Of a stretch of DNA of 64,000 bases, positions 10,895 through 20,563 are shown in pieces (position 1 is the stretch's first letter; the number at the start of each line of letters is the position of its first letter). The position numbers and the translations under genes were made by a program. Location of the stretch: positions 73,213 through 137,212 of the forward strand of contig JAHQWG010000035.1 of NCBI GenBank assembly GCA_029856045.1, in the 5' to 3' direction. The stretch is from Promethearchaeia archaeon. Its GTDB lineage: Archaea; Asgardarchaeota; Lokiarchaeia; Sigyniarchaeales; SOKP01. The notes beneath the pieces are model-generated. The model searched no databases and was not told the DNA's origin. It saw only the letters and a program-made list of their open reading frames with translations.

Positions 10895-11040
10895 TTTTTC
10901 TTTAGAGGGTCTTTAATTAATCTGGATTGAACTTTTTTTAAATTAGTTAAATATTACTAAAATTGCAATTTATAAAGAAAAAATCTCAATTAAATTACAA
11001 GTATCTCAATTAAAACCATTTATTACTTTTTTTTCTCACT

Positions 11041-11055
11041 TCTTTTATTTAAATA
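11041..11055 (+). promoter_or_regulatory. T-tract + TATA promoter motif
   Basis: TCTTTT-A-TTTAAATA; TATA starts 32 nt before ATG 11080. Confidence 0.55.
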
Positions 11056-11079
11056 GTTTGATTTTATACATCTACTAAT

Positions 11080-11505
11080 ATGGATAAAAGATTATTTGAT
11101 CCAAACGACATAAAAATTTCACGCTCTGGAATATGGAAAATAGAAAGAGACCATGGAATTTTATATTTTGGGGTTAATTTAGACAATAAATCAGATTTTA
11201 ATATTTATAATCTCAAATTTTTCTTACACAAAATTCCCATAAATATGAAATTAGAGCCAAAACAAATTCATAGAATTCCAAATTTGAATCCAAAAACGAA
11301 TATCTCAGTTTATTTCAGGTTAATTCCCGAAAAAGATTATATTTTTGATACTGTAGAAGGATTTATTTCATATTATGATTTACGAGAAAAAATATATATT
11401 AGAGATATAGAGCCGTATAAGATCGAATTTCAAAGAGAATTATATACACCGAATAAAATTTTCATAAGGAATTTGAATCAAAAAGTTAAGTCTTCTTCTA
11501 TTTAA
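11080..11505 (+). CDS. Hypothetical beta-sandwich protein
   Basis: 141-aa ORF with beta-strand pattern (VNLDNKSDFNIYNLKFFL); promoter motif upstream. Confidence 0.6.
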   Translation: MDKRLFDPNDIKISRSGIWKIERDHGILYFGVNLDNKSDFNIYNLKFFLHKIPINMKLEPKQIHRIPNLNPKTNISVYFRLIPEKDYIFDTVEGFISYYDLREKIYIRDIEPYKIEFQRELYTPNKIFIRNLNQKVKSSSI

Positions 11506-11534
11506 GCGTTTTCACTGATATAAAAAAAACTTTG

Positions 11535-11554
11535 GAGTTTTTTTTATTTAAATA
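11535..11554 (+). promoter_or_regulatory. T-tract + TATA promoter motif for membrane operon
   Basis: GAG-T8-A-TTTAAATA; TATA starts 35 nt before ATG 11582. Confidence 0.6.
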
Positions 11555-11572
11555 TACTTATTTGAACATCTA

Positions 11573-13963
11573 TTGGATATTATGGATAATTACTTATATC
11601 AAAGTGATACGACATTAGATACCCCAGATAGAACAGATTATAAATATCATTATAATGAAGCAGAGAAATTGGAGAAAGAAGGAACTCTAGAAAGCCTTGA
11701 GTCCGCTATTGTTCATATTGAGATGGCAATCAATAATTTAAACATGAAAAAAGAAATATTGCCAGAGAAATCATTAGATTCAGAGTTAAAAAAATTCGCT
11801 GAACATCAATTAACGATTAAAACAAATTATCATGAGAAACGAATTAATAAATTGTTAGAAGAGGTAAAAAATGAGGAGAATTCAAAAAACTATAAAAAAT
11901 CGGTAAATATTTATAAGAAAATAAGAGATTCAATGAATTTTTTATATAAATTAGGAGATAAAGGCATAAACATTAATGAAATAAATAAAGTAAAAGAGAA
12001 AATTAGTAAATTAACTAAAAAGATATTAAATGAGAATTTATCAATCTCTTTGAACAGAAAATCAAGTAAAACTGAGCAAAAGCCATATTCAGATGAATTT
12101 AAAGAAATTAATGCAGAATTTGAGGAAATAAATTTTGATACAAATGATCAAATTCCTTTACAGAATCATGATACTGAAGGAGAAATAAAAATACCGATTG
12201 AGGTTGAATCCAAGGTAATGGATCAAGATGAATTAGCTCAATCAGAAATGATATTATTAGAGGATAATGAAGTGGAGGAGGATAACATAGATTTACTTGA
12301 TAGACCTAACAAAATTAATATCTTAGATCAAATTAAAGTGATTTCAAATATCCCTGAAACTAAAGAATATTGCATGGAAAACGAAATTTTGGATAAAAAA
12401 TCAGTCAAATTGTTATTAGCTCAGTTAAGAAAAGCATTAATTGCTAATAATTACCAAATTTTTCCTAATGATGACATTGATTTTCAAGAATTATATAATA
12501 AGATTGATTTTCTTGCAATAAAGATCTTCCATATTAATGAATTTTTAGATATATGCCATATTTTACCACTAAAACTTGCTAAACTATACGGTTTATTACT
12601 TGTCTCAGAAAAAAAGATCGATTATAATAGCAATAATACAAATTTATCTCAGATTGAGCGTAAAAATCTAATACAGCCACTAAAAGAAGACATAAATGAT
12701 GTCGTTCGTACTTTATCAAATGAACTTGGAAATGAAGGCCCGATCGCTAAAAATTTCATTTCGTATATTAATGATGATATATCCTTAGAAAAAAGCAGAA
12801 TAGCAAGTAAAGGCTATTTTTATTGTAGAGGCCGAATGCAATACAATTTTATAGTTCAGCCCATTATCATTTCCCAAAATAAAATTGGATTTTTAGAGAG
12901 GAATATACCATATGCATTCCAACAATCTTCTGATTTATATGTTGTTAATATTAACGATTTAAATGATTTATTAAGCTACTTGGAACAGAAAAAAAGTTCA
13001 ATTGAAAAAATTTGTATCAAAAAGCAGCCACTTAATTTATTTATAGATAATAAAATAAAATTAAGCAATGCTTTAAGGTTAATAAGCATCTTATTAGGAG
13101 TATTTGGGGTTTCTTACTTAATTTCATTGTTTTTAAATGATAAAATTTTTGTCAGTGTGTTTCAAGTATTACAAATTCCTTTTATAATAGGGATAATACT
13201 TCTATTAGGTTTCTTTATATACATATATAAAAAAAACCAAGATGAGATCATTCAAAAATATAATAGACCATTCGGCTTCGACCATCCGGACTTTTCTGGA
13301 CAAAATTTATCTATTGCTTTGAATCAAATTAATCCTCCTGAAAGAGAGCAATTCCTATATGAGATATATAACAAGCGTCCAATTCCTATTGAGTTATTGC
13401 AAAAGATCCAAAATCCTCACATTTTTTCAGAATTTGTTGAATTATTTGAATCAAACATAGTAAATATCACATTAAATAATGAGAATTTAACTAGATTAAA
13501 ACAGTCTTTTAAATATTTTAAACAAAAACATAATTTCTACAAAGCATATTGTATTCTTCGGGCAATTCTTGTGTTGAAATTACGAGATTTTATAAGACAT
13601 CGCTTGAATAAATCAGCCGATGATATCCATAATATCTCTTCCCTGCTAGATATAATATGCGCTGAATGTAATATCCTATTTAACAATAAGTCGGTAGAAG
13701 CGATAAAGAAAATAGAGGGAATTAGAGAACTGAAGGGACTTATAAATCAGAATTTTTTTACTCAAATTGTAAATATAGTATATGATATTATCGAAATAAT
13801 TCAGAAGAATACCAAATTGACTGAAGATCTTAAAGAATTTAATAATTTTCATGAAGAAAATGTTCAGAAATTTGAAGAGAATGCTGTATTTGAAAAAAGC
13901 ATTGGCTATACGGGAGGAGACCCTCCAGAAAATATATTTAAAGATTTCTTAAAGGATGATTAA
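11573..13963 (+). CDS. Large membrane protein: helical N-terminus, acidic linker, possible degenerate PD-(D/E)xK-like domain, 2 TM, helical C-terminus
   Basis: 796-aa ORF with two TM segments near aa 500-555; first gene of an overlapping four-gene operon; true start may be ATG 11582. Confidence 0.65.
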   Translation: MDIMDNYLYQSDTTLDTPDRTDYKYHYNEAEKLEKEGTLESLESAIVHIEMAINNLNMKKEILPEKSLDSELKKFAEHQLTIKTNYHEKRINKLLEEVKNEENSKNYKKSVNIYKKIRDSMNFLYKLGDKGININEINKVKEKISKLTKKILNENLSISLNRKSSKTEQKPYSDEFKEINAEFEEINFDTNDQIPLQNHDTEGEIKIPIEVESKVMDQDELAQSEMILLEDNEVEEDNIDLLDRPNKINILDQIKVISNIPETKEYCMENEILDKKSVKLLLAQLRKALIANNYQIFPNDDIDFQELYNKIDFLAIKIFHINEFLDICHILPLKLAKLYGLLLVSEKKIDYNSNNTNLSQIERKNLIQPLKEDINDVVRTLSNELGNEGPIAKNFISYINDDISLEKSRIASKGYFYCRGRMQYNFIVQPIIISQNKIGFLERNIPYAFQQSSDLYVVNINDLNDLLSYLEQKKSSIEKICIKKQPLNLFIDNKIKLSNALRLISILLGVFGVSYLISLFLNDKIFVSVFQVLQIPFIIGIILLLGFFIYIYKKNQDEIIQKYNRPFGFDHPDFSGQNLSIALNQINPPEREQFLYEIYNKRPIPIELLQKIQNPHIFSEFVELFESNIVNITLNNENLTRLKQSFKYFKQKHNFYKAYCILRAILVLKLRDFIRHRLNKSADDIHNISSLLDIICAECNILFNNKSVEAIKKIEGIRELKGLINQNFFTQIVNIVYDIIEIIQKNTKLTEDLKEFNNFHEENVQKFEENAVFEKSIGYTGGDPPENIFKDFLKDD

Positions 13964-14705
13964 AATGATTGAGAATAGTGAGAAGATTGTAAGATGTTTT
14001 AAAATTTTCTATATCATAGGGATCGGACTGGTTATTGCATCCTTTTTCTCTGAGTGGTATTATTACGCTTATATCATCAATAGAATTACAATGATTTGGG
14101 GATATAACATAATTGCAGGATGGAACTGTATTACTAATAATTCTATAAATTATCCTATATCAATCGAGATTGATCTTATGTTATTTTTACTATATGTATT
14201 TATTTTTTTTTTAGCATTAATATCATTTATTTATATTTCACTTGAGCGTCCACTTTTTAGCAAGAAAAATTTTTATAATAAGGTAAAAACTTTAAATTAC
14301 ATTTTTCCTGTATATCTTGGATTTAACCTTATAATATTGGCATTATTTTTATTTAATTTATTCCAGGCTAATTTCTATTTTCCATTTTTGAAGCTTTATA
14401 TTGTTTCCGAAGATTCTGAAACTCTTTACTGGCTTGGTCCGGGATGTATTTTGCATATGATATCTTTTATTTTTATGTTTCCCTTTTCTGCTATAGTTTT
14501 ACAGATCCCTCGAAAATTTAAATTAAAGGAGAATAAAATTGAAATTAATAAATTAATTGAAGTAAGTTCTAAAAATATAGATTTTGAGAAAATTATAATG
14601 AAAGAGAGGATAAAGAAAGATAAGACATTCAATCAATCTTCTAACGGAAAACTACAAAAAGGAAAATTTAATCTGGATAATATACGCTTGGAGAGTGAAT
14701 CATAA
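13956..14705 (+). CDS. Four-TM membrane protein with basic tail
   Basis: Four hydrophobic segments; overlaps the previous stop, suggesting translational coupling. Confidence 0.7.
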   Translation: MIKMIENSEKIVRCFKIFYIIGIGLVIASFFSEWYYYAYIINRITMIWGYNIIAGWNCITNNSINYPISIEIDLMLFLLYVFIFFLALISFIYISLERPLFSKKNFYNKVKTLNYIFPVYLGFNLIILALFLFNLFQANFYFPFLKLYIVSEDSETLYWLGPGCILHMISFIFMFPFSAIVLQIPRKFKLKENKIEINKLIEVSSKNIDFEKIIMKERIKKDKTFNQSSNGKLQKGKFNLDNIRLESES

Positions 14706-15584
14706 GTGTCAAAATTATTAGAAGCCACTAAATTGTTATTGAATAATCAAAATTACAATGACCTGTATGAATTATATTTGGATTTGATTTATAACGCGGT
14801 CAATGAAATTGGTGTAAAATTAAATATTACAACACTTAAATCCAACGAAAAAATTTATGATTATATGATAATAATCGATAAATTCCTCTTTAATAATATC
14901 AATATTGTATTATTTGGAGAACATATTCAGAAAGTAGTTAATTTTCACACTATATATGATAAAATTAAAAATACTTCAGAAAACCTAAAACTAGATCAGT
15001 ATGATATAAAAGAATTAATTGAAGAATACTATGAACTTAAAGCCCTAGCTGTCCCTAATGTTTTTCAAGATATTGAAAGTTATAAGACAAGTAAATATGC
15101 CAATTTTCAAACACTCAAAGCGTGTAATTTAGTTTTTGGAAAAAAAAATAAGAATTATGATAATACCAACATTGAAGATGCATTGTATGAGATGATCTCC
15201 AATCGTATTCAAAATGATTCTGATAAAATCAGGAGAGATTATGTGAAAGGAAAACTAGCTTTTGATAAAAGTTTCAGAAAATTAGCAACCTTAGATTCAA
15301 TCCAAAAAACAATAGAGTCGTCAAAGAAAAAATTCAGCCAAATAGAGATCAGTGGAACCTTATCTGACAATTTAGAATATAAAATCTATACATTACGGAT
15401 GCCGGGATATCTTATATTATCTTTTGGAATTATTTCAGCGATATTATTAGGTTTTATATTTATGGAGATATTTTCAGTGCCAATACTGGCTGTATCATTA
15501 TATCCTAGTGCTATATTTTCTGGATTAATTTGTTTTATTTGTTTTTATATCTTTATTAAATTCTTTATTAGAGGAAAAAAATGA
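14706..15584 (+). CDS. Helical protein with two C-terminal TM segments
   Basis: GTG directly after the previous TAA; C-terminal hydrophobic hairpin. Confidence 0.7.
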   Translation: MSKLLEATKLLLNNQNYNDLYELYLDLIYNAVNEIGVKLNITTLKSNEKIYDYMIIIDKFLFNNINIVLFGEHIQKVVNFHTIYDKIKNTSENLKLDQYDIKELIEEYYELKALAVPNVFQDIESYKTSKYANFQTLKACNLVFGKKNKNYDNTNIEDALYEMISNRIQNDSDKIRRDYVKGKLAFDKSFRKLATLDSIQKTIESSKKKFSQIEISGTLSDNLEYKIYTLRMPGYLILSFGIISAILLGFIFMEIFSVPILAVSLYPSAIFSGLICFICFYIFIKFFIRGKK

Positions 15585-18500
15585 GTAAAACACCAACAGA
15601 AATCACAACAAGTTTGAGTCCTTCAGAGAAAGAGGATTTAAATAGATTTGGAGCCGTTGCTGACATTAACATTTGGAATGAACGACCTGCATTCAAAGAC
15701 GTGAATAAATTTTGTATTTATTTAAAAAGTGGTTTTATCATTGGTATATTTTTAATATTTACTTTATTGTTATATTATTGTAGTGGGGCGTTGATACCTT
15801 CGTTCTTATTCCCGAGTTTGATAATTTTCTTTTTTGTGTTAATATTTTTCCAAGATATTTTTTATTATTTTCCTAAATTCAGATATTCTGGAATTAAAAG
15901 AATCGAATTATTTAAGAATTGTTCATTTAGGATTAAAGATAAGAATTCTGATACTTTATTTATTTTCAATAGAAAAGAGAATTTAGTTACTGGTATAAAG
16001 TTATTTAAAATAGACATATTACCTGAAACGATTGAAGGTAACGTTTATCGATTCTTAAGTTCTCTCGATCGAACTGGAATTCCTTATGTTTATCAAATAA
16101 TTCAGACTTCAAATATTCAGTTAATAAAGAGATCTTCAGATTTTTCTGATAAAAAAGAAAAAATGAGAGTTAGGAACACTCTACAAAATTCACAGACATC
16201 TTTTAATATTAGTTTATTCTTGGCAACTTCTTATTGTAATATGAATAAAATAATTTCTGTTGCATTGGATGAAATACAAAATTCTTTAAATCGTTATGGT
16301 AAAGGTATCATTTCCTCCTTTATTGCCTGTTTTCCTCATCATCATTTAACAGAACTAAAAGGTTTGGAATTAATAAATGGGTTATATACTTTATTTTTTA
16401 AGACAGAAGTAGAACCAAGAAAAGATAATGAAAAATCATTTAAAAATAGAAATTGGAGATCCACAATAATCAGAATTGTTTATCTATTTATTTTTATTAG
16501 TTTTGAGGCATTCTTATTATTTTCTGTAGGCATTAGTGTTGATTTTAATATATTGGTTAATCTAATTGTTTTGATTGGAATTCTTTTCATCTATTGGAGA
16601 GAAATATTTAGCTCTTTGACAGATAAATTCATCTTTAGGGATTTTCTTAGATTAAATCTTTTTAACGATTATAAATTTTTTATGAGAGCTGGTATTCCGG
16701 ATTCTGTTTTTGTTTGGAATGAAGAATTGAAATTATTGATTGGAATTAAGTTATTTGCAGTTAGAAATATTATGACCCGTGGTTATTGTAATCCCGATAA
16801 GTTTATTAGAGCAATCTCGCCTTTTAAATTGTCATATTCTTATACAACGATCCAGGCTGCTCTTTCTCAATTTGATTTGGAAAAAGATTATATGAAATAC
16901 CTGAAAAGTAAAATCATTTACAGCATGCAGAAATATTATAATAATGAGGAGAAACTTTTAAAATGGCTTTCTATGAGAGCCGGTATTTGGCGATTTATGT
17001 TTCTTATTTCTATAAATTCCTACAAATTTACATCCTATATTTCAACTGAAATTATTGATAATTTAGAGTTGGAATTACAGGAGAGATTTGAAACCATTCA
17101 CCTTGCGTTTCAGGAGACATATAGTGATTATGTGCCATTAGTATTAAGAAATCGACGATTAATTTTAGGAATTAAGGTAATTCTTTTAAAAAACAAGTTT
17201 ATCCGTCGTGGAGGCACATATATACCCTATTCTCTTATTCAAGGTAAAATTTTAAAAGAAGTTAACAAAATAATGAATGAATTAAAGAAGGGAATTAAAA
17301 CTCAAGTGGCTGTGGAGTTTAATACACCCTTAAGCTTAAAAAATGAAATTTTAATTGGTAATACAATAAATACTGAATTTTTTAGGGAGGAAATACCTTT
17401 TGGTTTATTATTTAATCAGATTAATAATTTAATCATTAGTGGTGGAACACACAGGCAAAGAGAAGATATTTGTATGAAAATAATAACGGAATTGGTTAAA
17501 AACAAAATCCCTTCAATAATATTTGATTTTAATGGAAAATATAGTAGGCTTATTGAAATTTTCTCTAAGACACAATTTTATCGTGATTTCTATTATTTTA
17601 AACTGGGTCAAAGTTTTAATATCGAGTTATTGAATTCGGGAATAAAAAATGATCCCAAGAATTTAGAATATTTGGATTATATCTGTGAAGCGATTGGATG
17701 TATAAAAAAATTAAATGACAAAGAAATACAAACGATTAGGGATTTGATATCAAAAGTCCCAATGGATTCTAAATCTATAACTATGGATATGGAAATGGAA
17801 GATAAGTGGAAAAAAAATAAAAATTATAATGAAAAATATATTGCTTCAGTATTTAATGATTATACTCAACAAACTAGAAATACAATCAGTGCAATAGGCA
17901 TTGTGGAGGAAAATATTAATTCAAATGATTTTCTAAAAGATGATAAAACTGTAATTATTGATTTAAGCATTTTAAGCCCCCCGCTTAATATATTTGCAAT
18001 GTTTGTGTTGATTTCGAGAATAATTCATTATACCCAAGAAGGTAAAGATTATATTCCTAAGTTGTTAGTAATGCCTAACGTCGAATATTTTTTCGATAAA
18101 TTTTATCTTGATAAATTTATTAAGCCTTATACAATTGATAGATTCCTTAATCCATTGAAAGAAAAAGGATTTGGATTTATGTTTTTAGTCAATGAAGTAA
18201 ATAAATTACATCCAACATTTTTTGATTATATTCAAAATTTTATGGCTCTAAAAACGGTGCAACCGGCAGATTTAATGGTTTTAAAAAATCTTCTTAACTT
18301 GCAAGAAATTCAAGGTCAAGGATATTATACAAAATCACGAAAAAATACATATCATATAGATTTTTTGAAACAATTAAGGAATAATAATGCCATAGTCTTA
18401 AGAGATGATATTGACCAACCCTTTCCCGTTAAAATCGATATTGATTCTCTTGCAGCGATACCTATTCCAAAATATTTGGAATTAAGCGAATATATGAAAG

Positions 18501-19438
18501 AATTTGGGTATAATTTTCAAAAAACCGAAGAGCAAATCTTGAATTCAATTGAAAAAACAATATTTGAAAAAGATTTTCAACAATATCTCTTTCTTTTAGA
18601 CGATATTATTAATTTTCTTAGAGCCTTAAATCGAATAGACACAATTGGTAATATTTATGAGTTTAAAATCAAAGAACAACTTTTTAAGTTTATACATAAA
18701 AAATTAGTAGCTAAAGACTACAAGAGAAAACAAATTAGTAAAATTAGAGATGATTTGTTCAATGTATTAATTTCCCATCAATATTTGGTTGAAAATCACC
18801 CAAGAGAAGCTGGAGGCTCTCAATCGATGAGAACATCATATTCTGTAGGACATCAATTTGTGAAAGCATTGGATGATCATTATGATTCAAAAAAAAAAAT
18901 CAATGATCAGGTTGATTTACAGCTTATCGAGAAGAGAAAGATTAATGTAAATGAAATTATCCCTAAAAAGGAAGAGATTTTCGAATATTTCGTTCCACCA
19001 GATAGTGATCAGAATAAGCAACAAGTGATAATAAAAACCAAAAAAAAGATTAGTAATTCAAAAAATATATTGGCAAGTCTTATAGGAGCACTTTTAGTCA
19101 ATGGAACTATAAGGGCTGGTAAAGAATTAAGAAGAAATCAATACAAAGATACAATCTTAAAAGTGAGAGATGTTTTATCTAAATTTTTATATAAATTATA
19201 TGATTTTAAATTTGATGAAAAAAGCAATGCAAAAATCCACAGTGATGTACTATTAGAAGCGGTAGATTTTATTGCTGAATCTAATATCATTCCTTTCAAT
19301 AGGCAAGAATTATATGATATTCTCAAAATGATTAATATTATTAAAATTAAAAGTGGAGAGTTAGAAAATACTGCAAAAAATCATTATGAAATGCTTTATG
19401 ATTTTACACAAAAAATTTTGATAGGGGTCATGGATTAG
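15581..19438 (+). CDS. Membrane-anchored VirB4/HerA/CedB-like ATPase-fold protein with degenerate Walker motifs
   Basis: Two (2TM + alpha/beta) modules, then ILIG..PFGL..NLIISGGTHRQREDI (Walker A position), SIIFDFNGKY, FNIELL, TVIIDLS, LLVMPNVE (Walker B position), KGFGFMFLVN. Confidence 0.7.
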   Translation: MSKTPTEITTSLSPSEKEDLNRFGAVADINIWNERPAFKDVNKFCIYLKSGFIIGIFLIFTLLLYYCSGALIPSFLFPSLIIFFFVLIFFQDIFYYFPKFRYSGIKRIELFKNCSFRIKDKNSDTLFIFNRKENLVTGIKLFKIDILPETIEGNVYRFLSSLDRTGIPYVYQIIQTSNIQLIKRSSDFSDKKEKMRVRNTLQNSQTSFNISLFLATSYCNMNKIISVALDEIQNSLNRYGKGIISSFIACFPHHHLTELKGLELINGLYTLFFKTEVEPRKDNEKSFKNRNWRSTIIRIVYLFIFISFEAFLLFSVGISVDFNILVNLIVLIGILFIYWREIFSSLTDKFIFRDFLRLNLFNDYKFFMRAGIPDSVFVWNEELKLLIGIKLFAVRNIMTRGYCNPDKFIRAISPFKLSYSYTTIQAALSQFDLEKDYMKYLKSKIIYSMQKYYNNEEKLLKWLSMRAGIWRFMFLISINSYKFTSYISTEIIDNLELELQERFETIHLAFQETYSDYVPLVLRNRRLILGIKVILLKNKFIRRGGTYIPYSLIQGKILKEVNKIMNELKKGIKTQVAVEFNTPLSLKNEILIGNTINTEFFREEIPFGLLFNQINNLIISGGTHRQREDICMKIITELVKNKIPSIIFDFNGKYSRLIEIFSKTQFYRDFYYFKLGQSFNIELLNSGIKNDPKNLEYLDYICEAIGCIKKLNDKEIQTIRDLISKVPMDSKSITMDMEMEDKWKKNKNYNEKYIASVFNDYTQQTRNTISAIGIVEENINSNDFLKDDKTVIIDLSILSPPLNIFAMFVLISRIIHYTQEGKDYIPKLLVMPNVEYFFDKFYLDKFIKPYTIDRFLNPLKEKGFGFMFLVNEVNKLHPTFFDYIQNFMALKTVQPADLMVLKNLLNLQEIQGQGYYTKSRKNTYHIDFLKQLRNNNAIVLRDDIDQPFPVKIDIDSLAAIPIPKYLELSEYMKEFGYNFQKTEEQILNSIEKTIFEKDFQQYLFLLDDIINFLRALNRIDTIGNIYEFKIKEQLFKFIHKKLVAKDYKRKQISKIRDDLFNVLISHQYLVENHPREAGGSQSMRTSYSVGHQFVKALDDHYDSKKKINDQVDLQLIEKRKINVNEIIPKKEEIFEYFVPPDSDQNKQQVIIKTKKKISNSKNILASLIGALLVNGTIRAGKELRRNQYKDTILKVRDVLSKFLYKLYDFKFDEKSNAKIHSDVLLEAVDFIAESNIIPFNRQELYDILKMINIIKIKSGELENTAKNHYEMLYDFTQKILIGVMD

Positions 19439-19532
19439 ATGATCTAATTTTACTACTACTCATAAACGTCAATTAAGGCTACAGAGTCTAAAAAAAAAGA
19501 GATTAATTGAATTTTTATTTTTAAGATTTTTC

Positions 19533-19847
19533 TTATTCTTTTATTTTTTTACCAAGTTTCATTAAAATTGGAAGCAATTTAATCAATTCCATAGCAGGCG
19601 TAGTTTTTATGAATTTAAAAACACCTGGTTTGGCGATTCTCCATACTGCTGTGCCTTGTGCCATTTGTTCTTCGGTATCCGCTTCTGTTATTGATATGCC
19701 CTAAAAATCAGAGGTGCTGATATACCTAGCAATTGTCTTTGTGCCTTCAACTGGATAGAGTTTCTTGTTAAGGATTGTTTGTGCCATCTCCGATAATTCT
19801 GATGGGTCAAAATCTGTATTTAACTCCCAATACGAAATAAATATCAT
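19533..19847 (-). pseudogene. DUF3303-like small protein interrupted by in-frame TAG at codon 49
   Basis: AGGTGG SD, then MIFISYWELNTDFDP..YPVEGTKTIARYISTSDF*GISITEADTEEQM..FIKTTPAM..KIKE; TAG at 19703-19701. Confidence 0.7.
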
Positions 19848-20128
19848 TCTTTTTTACCACCTTTTGTATTTTAATTGGATTCAATAAAGGTATAGTTTTC
19901 AAAACTATATACCATTTTTTCCTTCTATTTTTGATTATTTATAAATTGCCATTATAAATTATTAATTATTTTAGGAGTATTATCAGTTATGGGATGATCT
20001 AATTACATTTTAAAAAATTGAGATAAAACCATTAAGTATATTATTATAAATACAAGAAAAGAGTAATTATTGAAAAGAAAATTTCATAATAAAAAATCTA
20101 AAAAAAAATTTTATTAAAGTGAGAAGTA

Positions 20129-20563
20129 ATGAGAATTAAAAAAAAACAGATGAATAATTATTTCTTAATTACGTTTGGATTAAATCTTGCCACTATGGTG
20201 ATGGGAATTCTCTATTTCGTGATTGGACCTGATTTAATATTTGGATTTTTATTTGGTATTATTTTGGTCATCTCATGGCTTCTTGACATCGGTTTAGTTT
20301 TATTAGATGATTTCAAACTCGCAAAAAACAATGCAACTGGAAAAATTCTTAATCGACTTGGTTATTGTTTTGTTTTTTTCCAGATATTTGGGGTGTTTTG
20401 CATGGTAGGTGGATTATTCCTTTTGAATGCAGATTGGACATCGGCTTTAGTTCACTATTCATTGATATTTATTAGCTTTTTTGGCTTTTTTCTTTTTGGT
20501 AGCATCTTGGCTTACTTGAATATAAAAAAATTAGATATTCCGGAGGCATGGAACTTTGAATAA
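20129..20563 (+). CDS. Four-TM membrane protein
   Basis: Hydrophobic segments; overlaps the downstream hydrolase. Confidence 0.7.
   Translation: MRIKKKQMNNYFLITFGLNLATMVMGILYFVIGPDLIFGFLFGIILVISWLLDIGLVLLDDFKLAKNNATGKILNRLGYCFVFFQIFGVFCMVGGLFLLNADWTSALVHYSLIFISFFGFFLFGSILAYLNIKKLDIPEAWNFE

Noticed and set aside
11573-19438. Integrated conjugative element or provirus
   Set aside because: No integrase, relaxase, capsid or terminase gene, att repeat or tRNA seen; the ATPase motifs are degenerate and composition resembles the host.
11573-19438. HerA/HEPN anti-phage defence system
   Set aside because: No intact Rx4-6H, nuclease or Walker motifs; cannot be fully excluded but is not supported.
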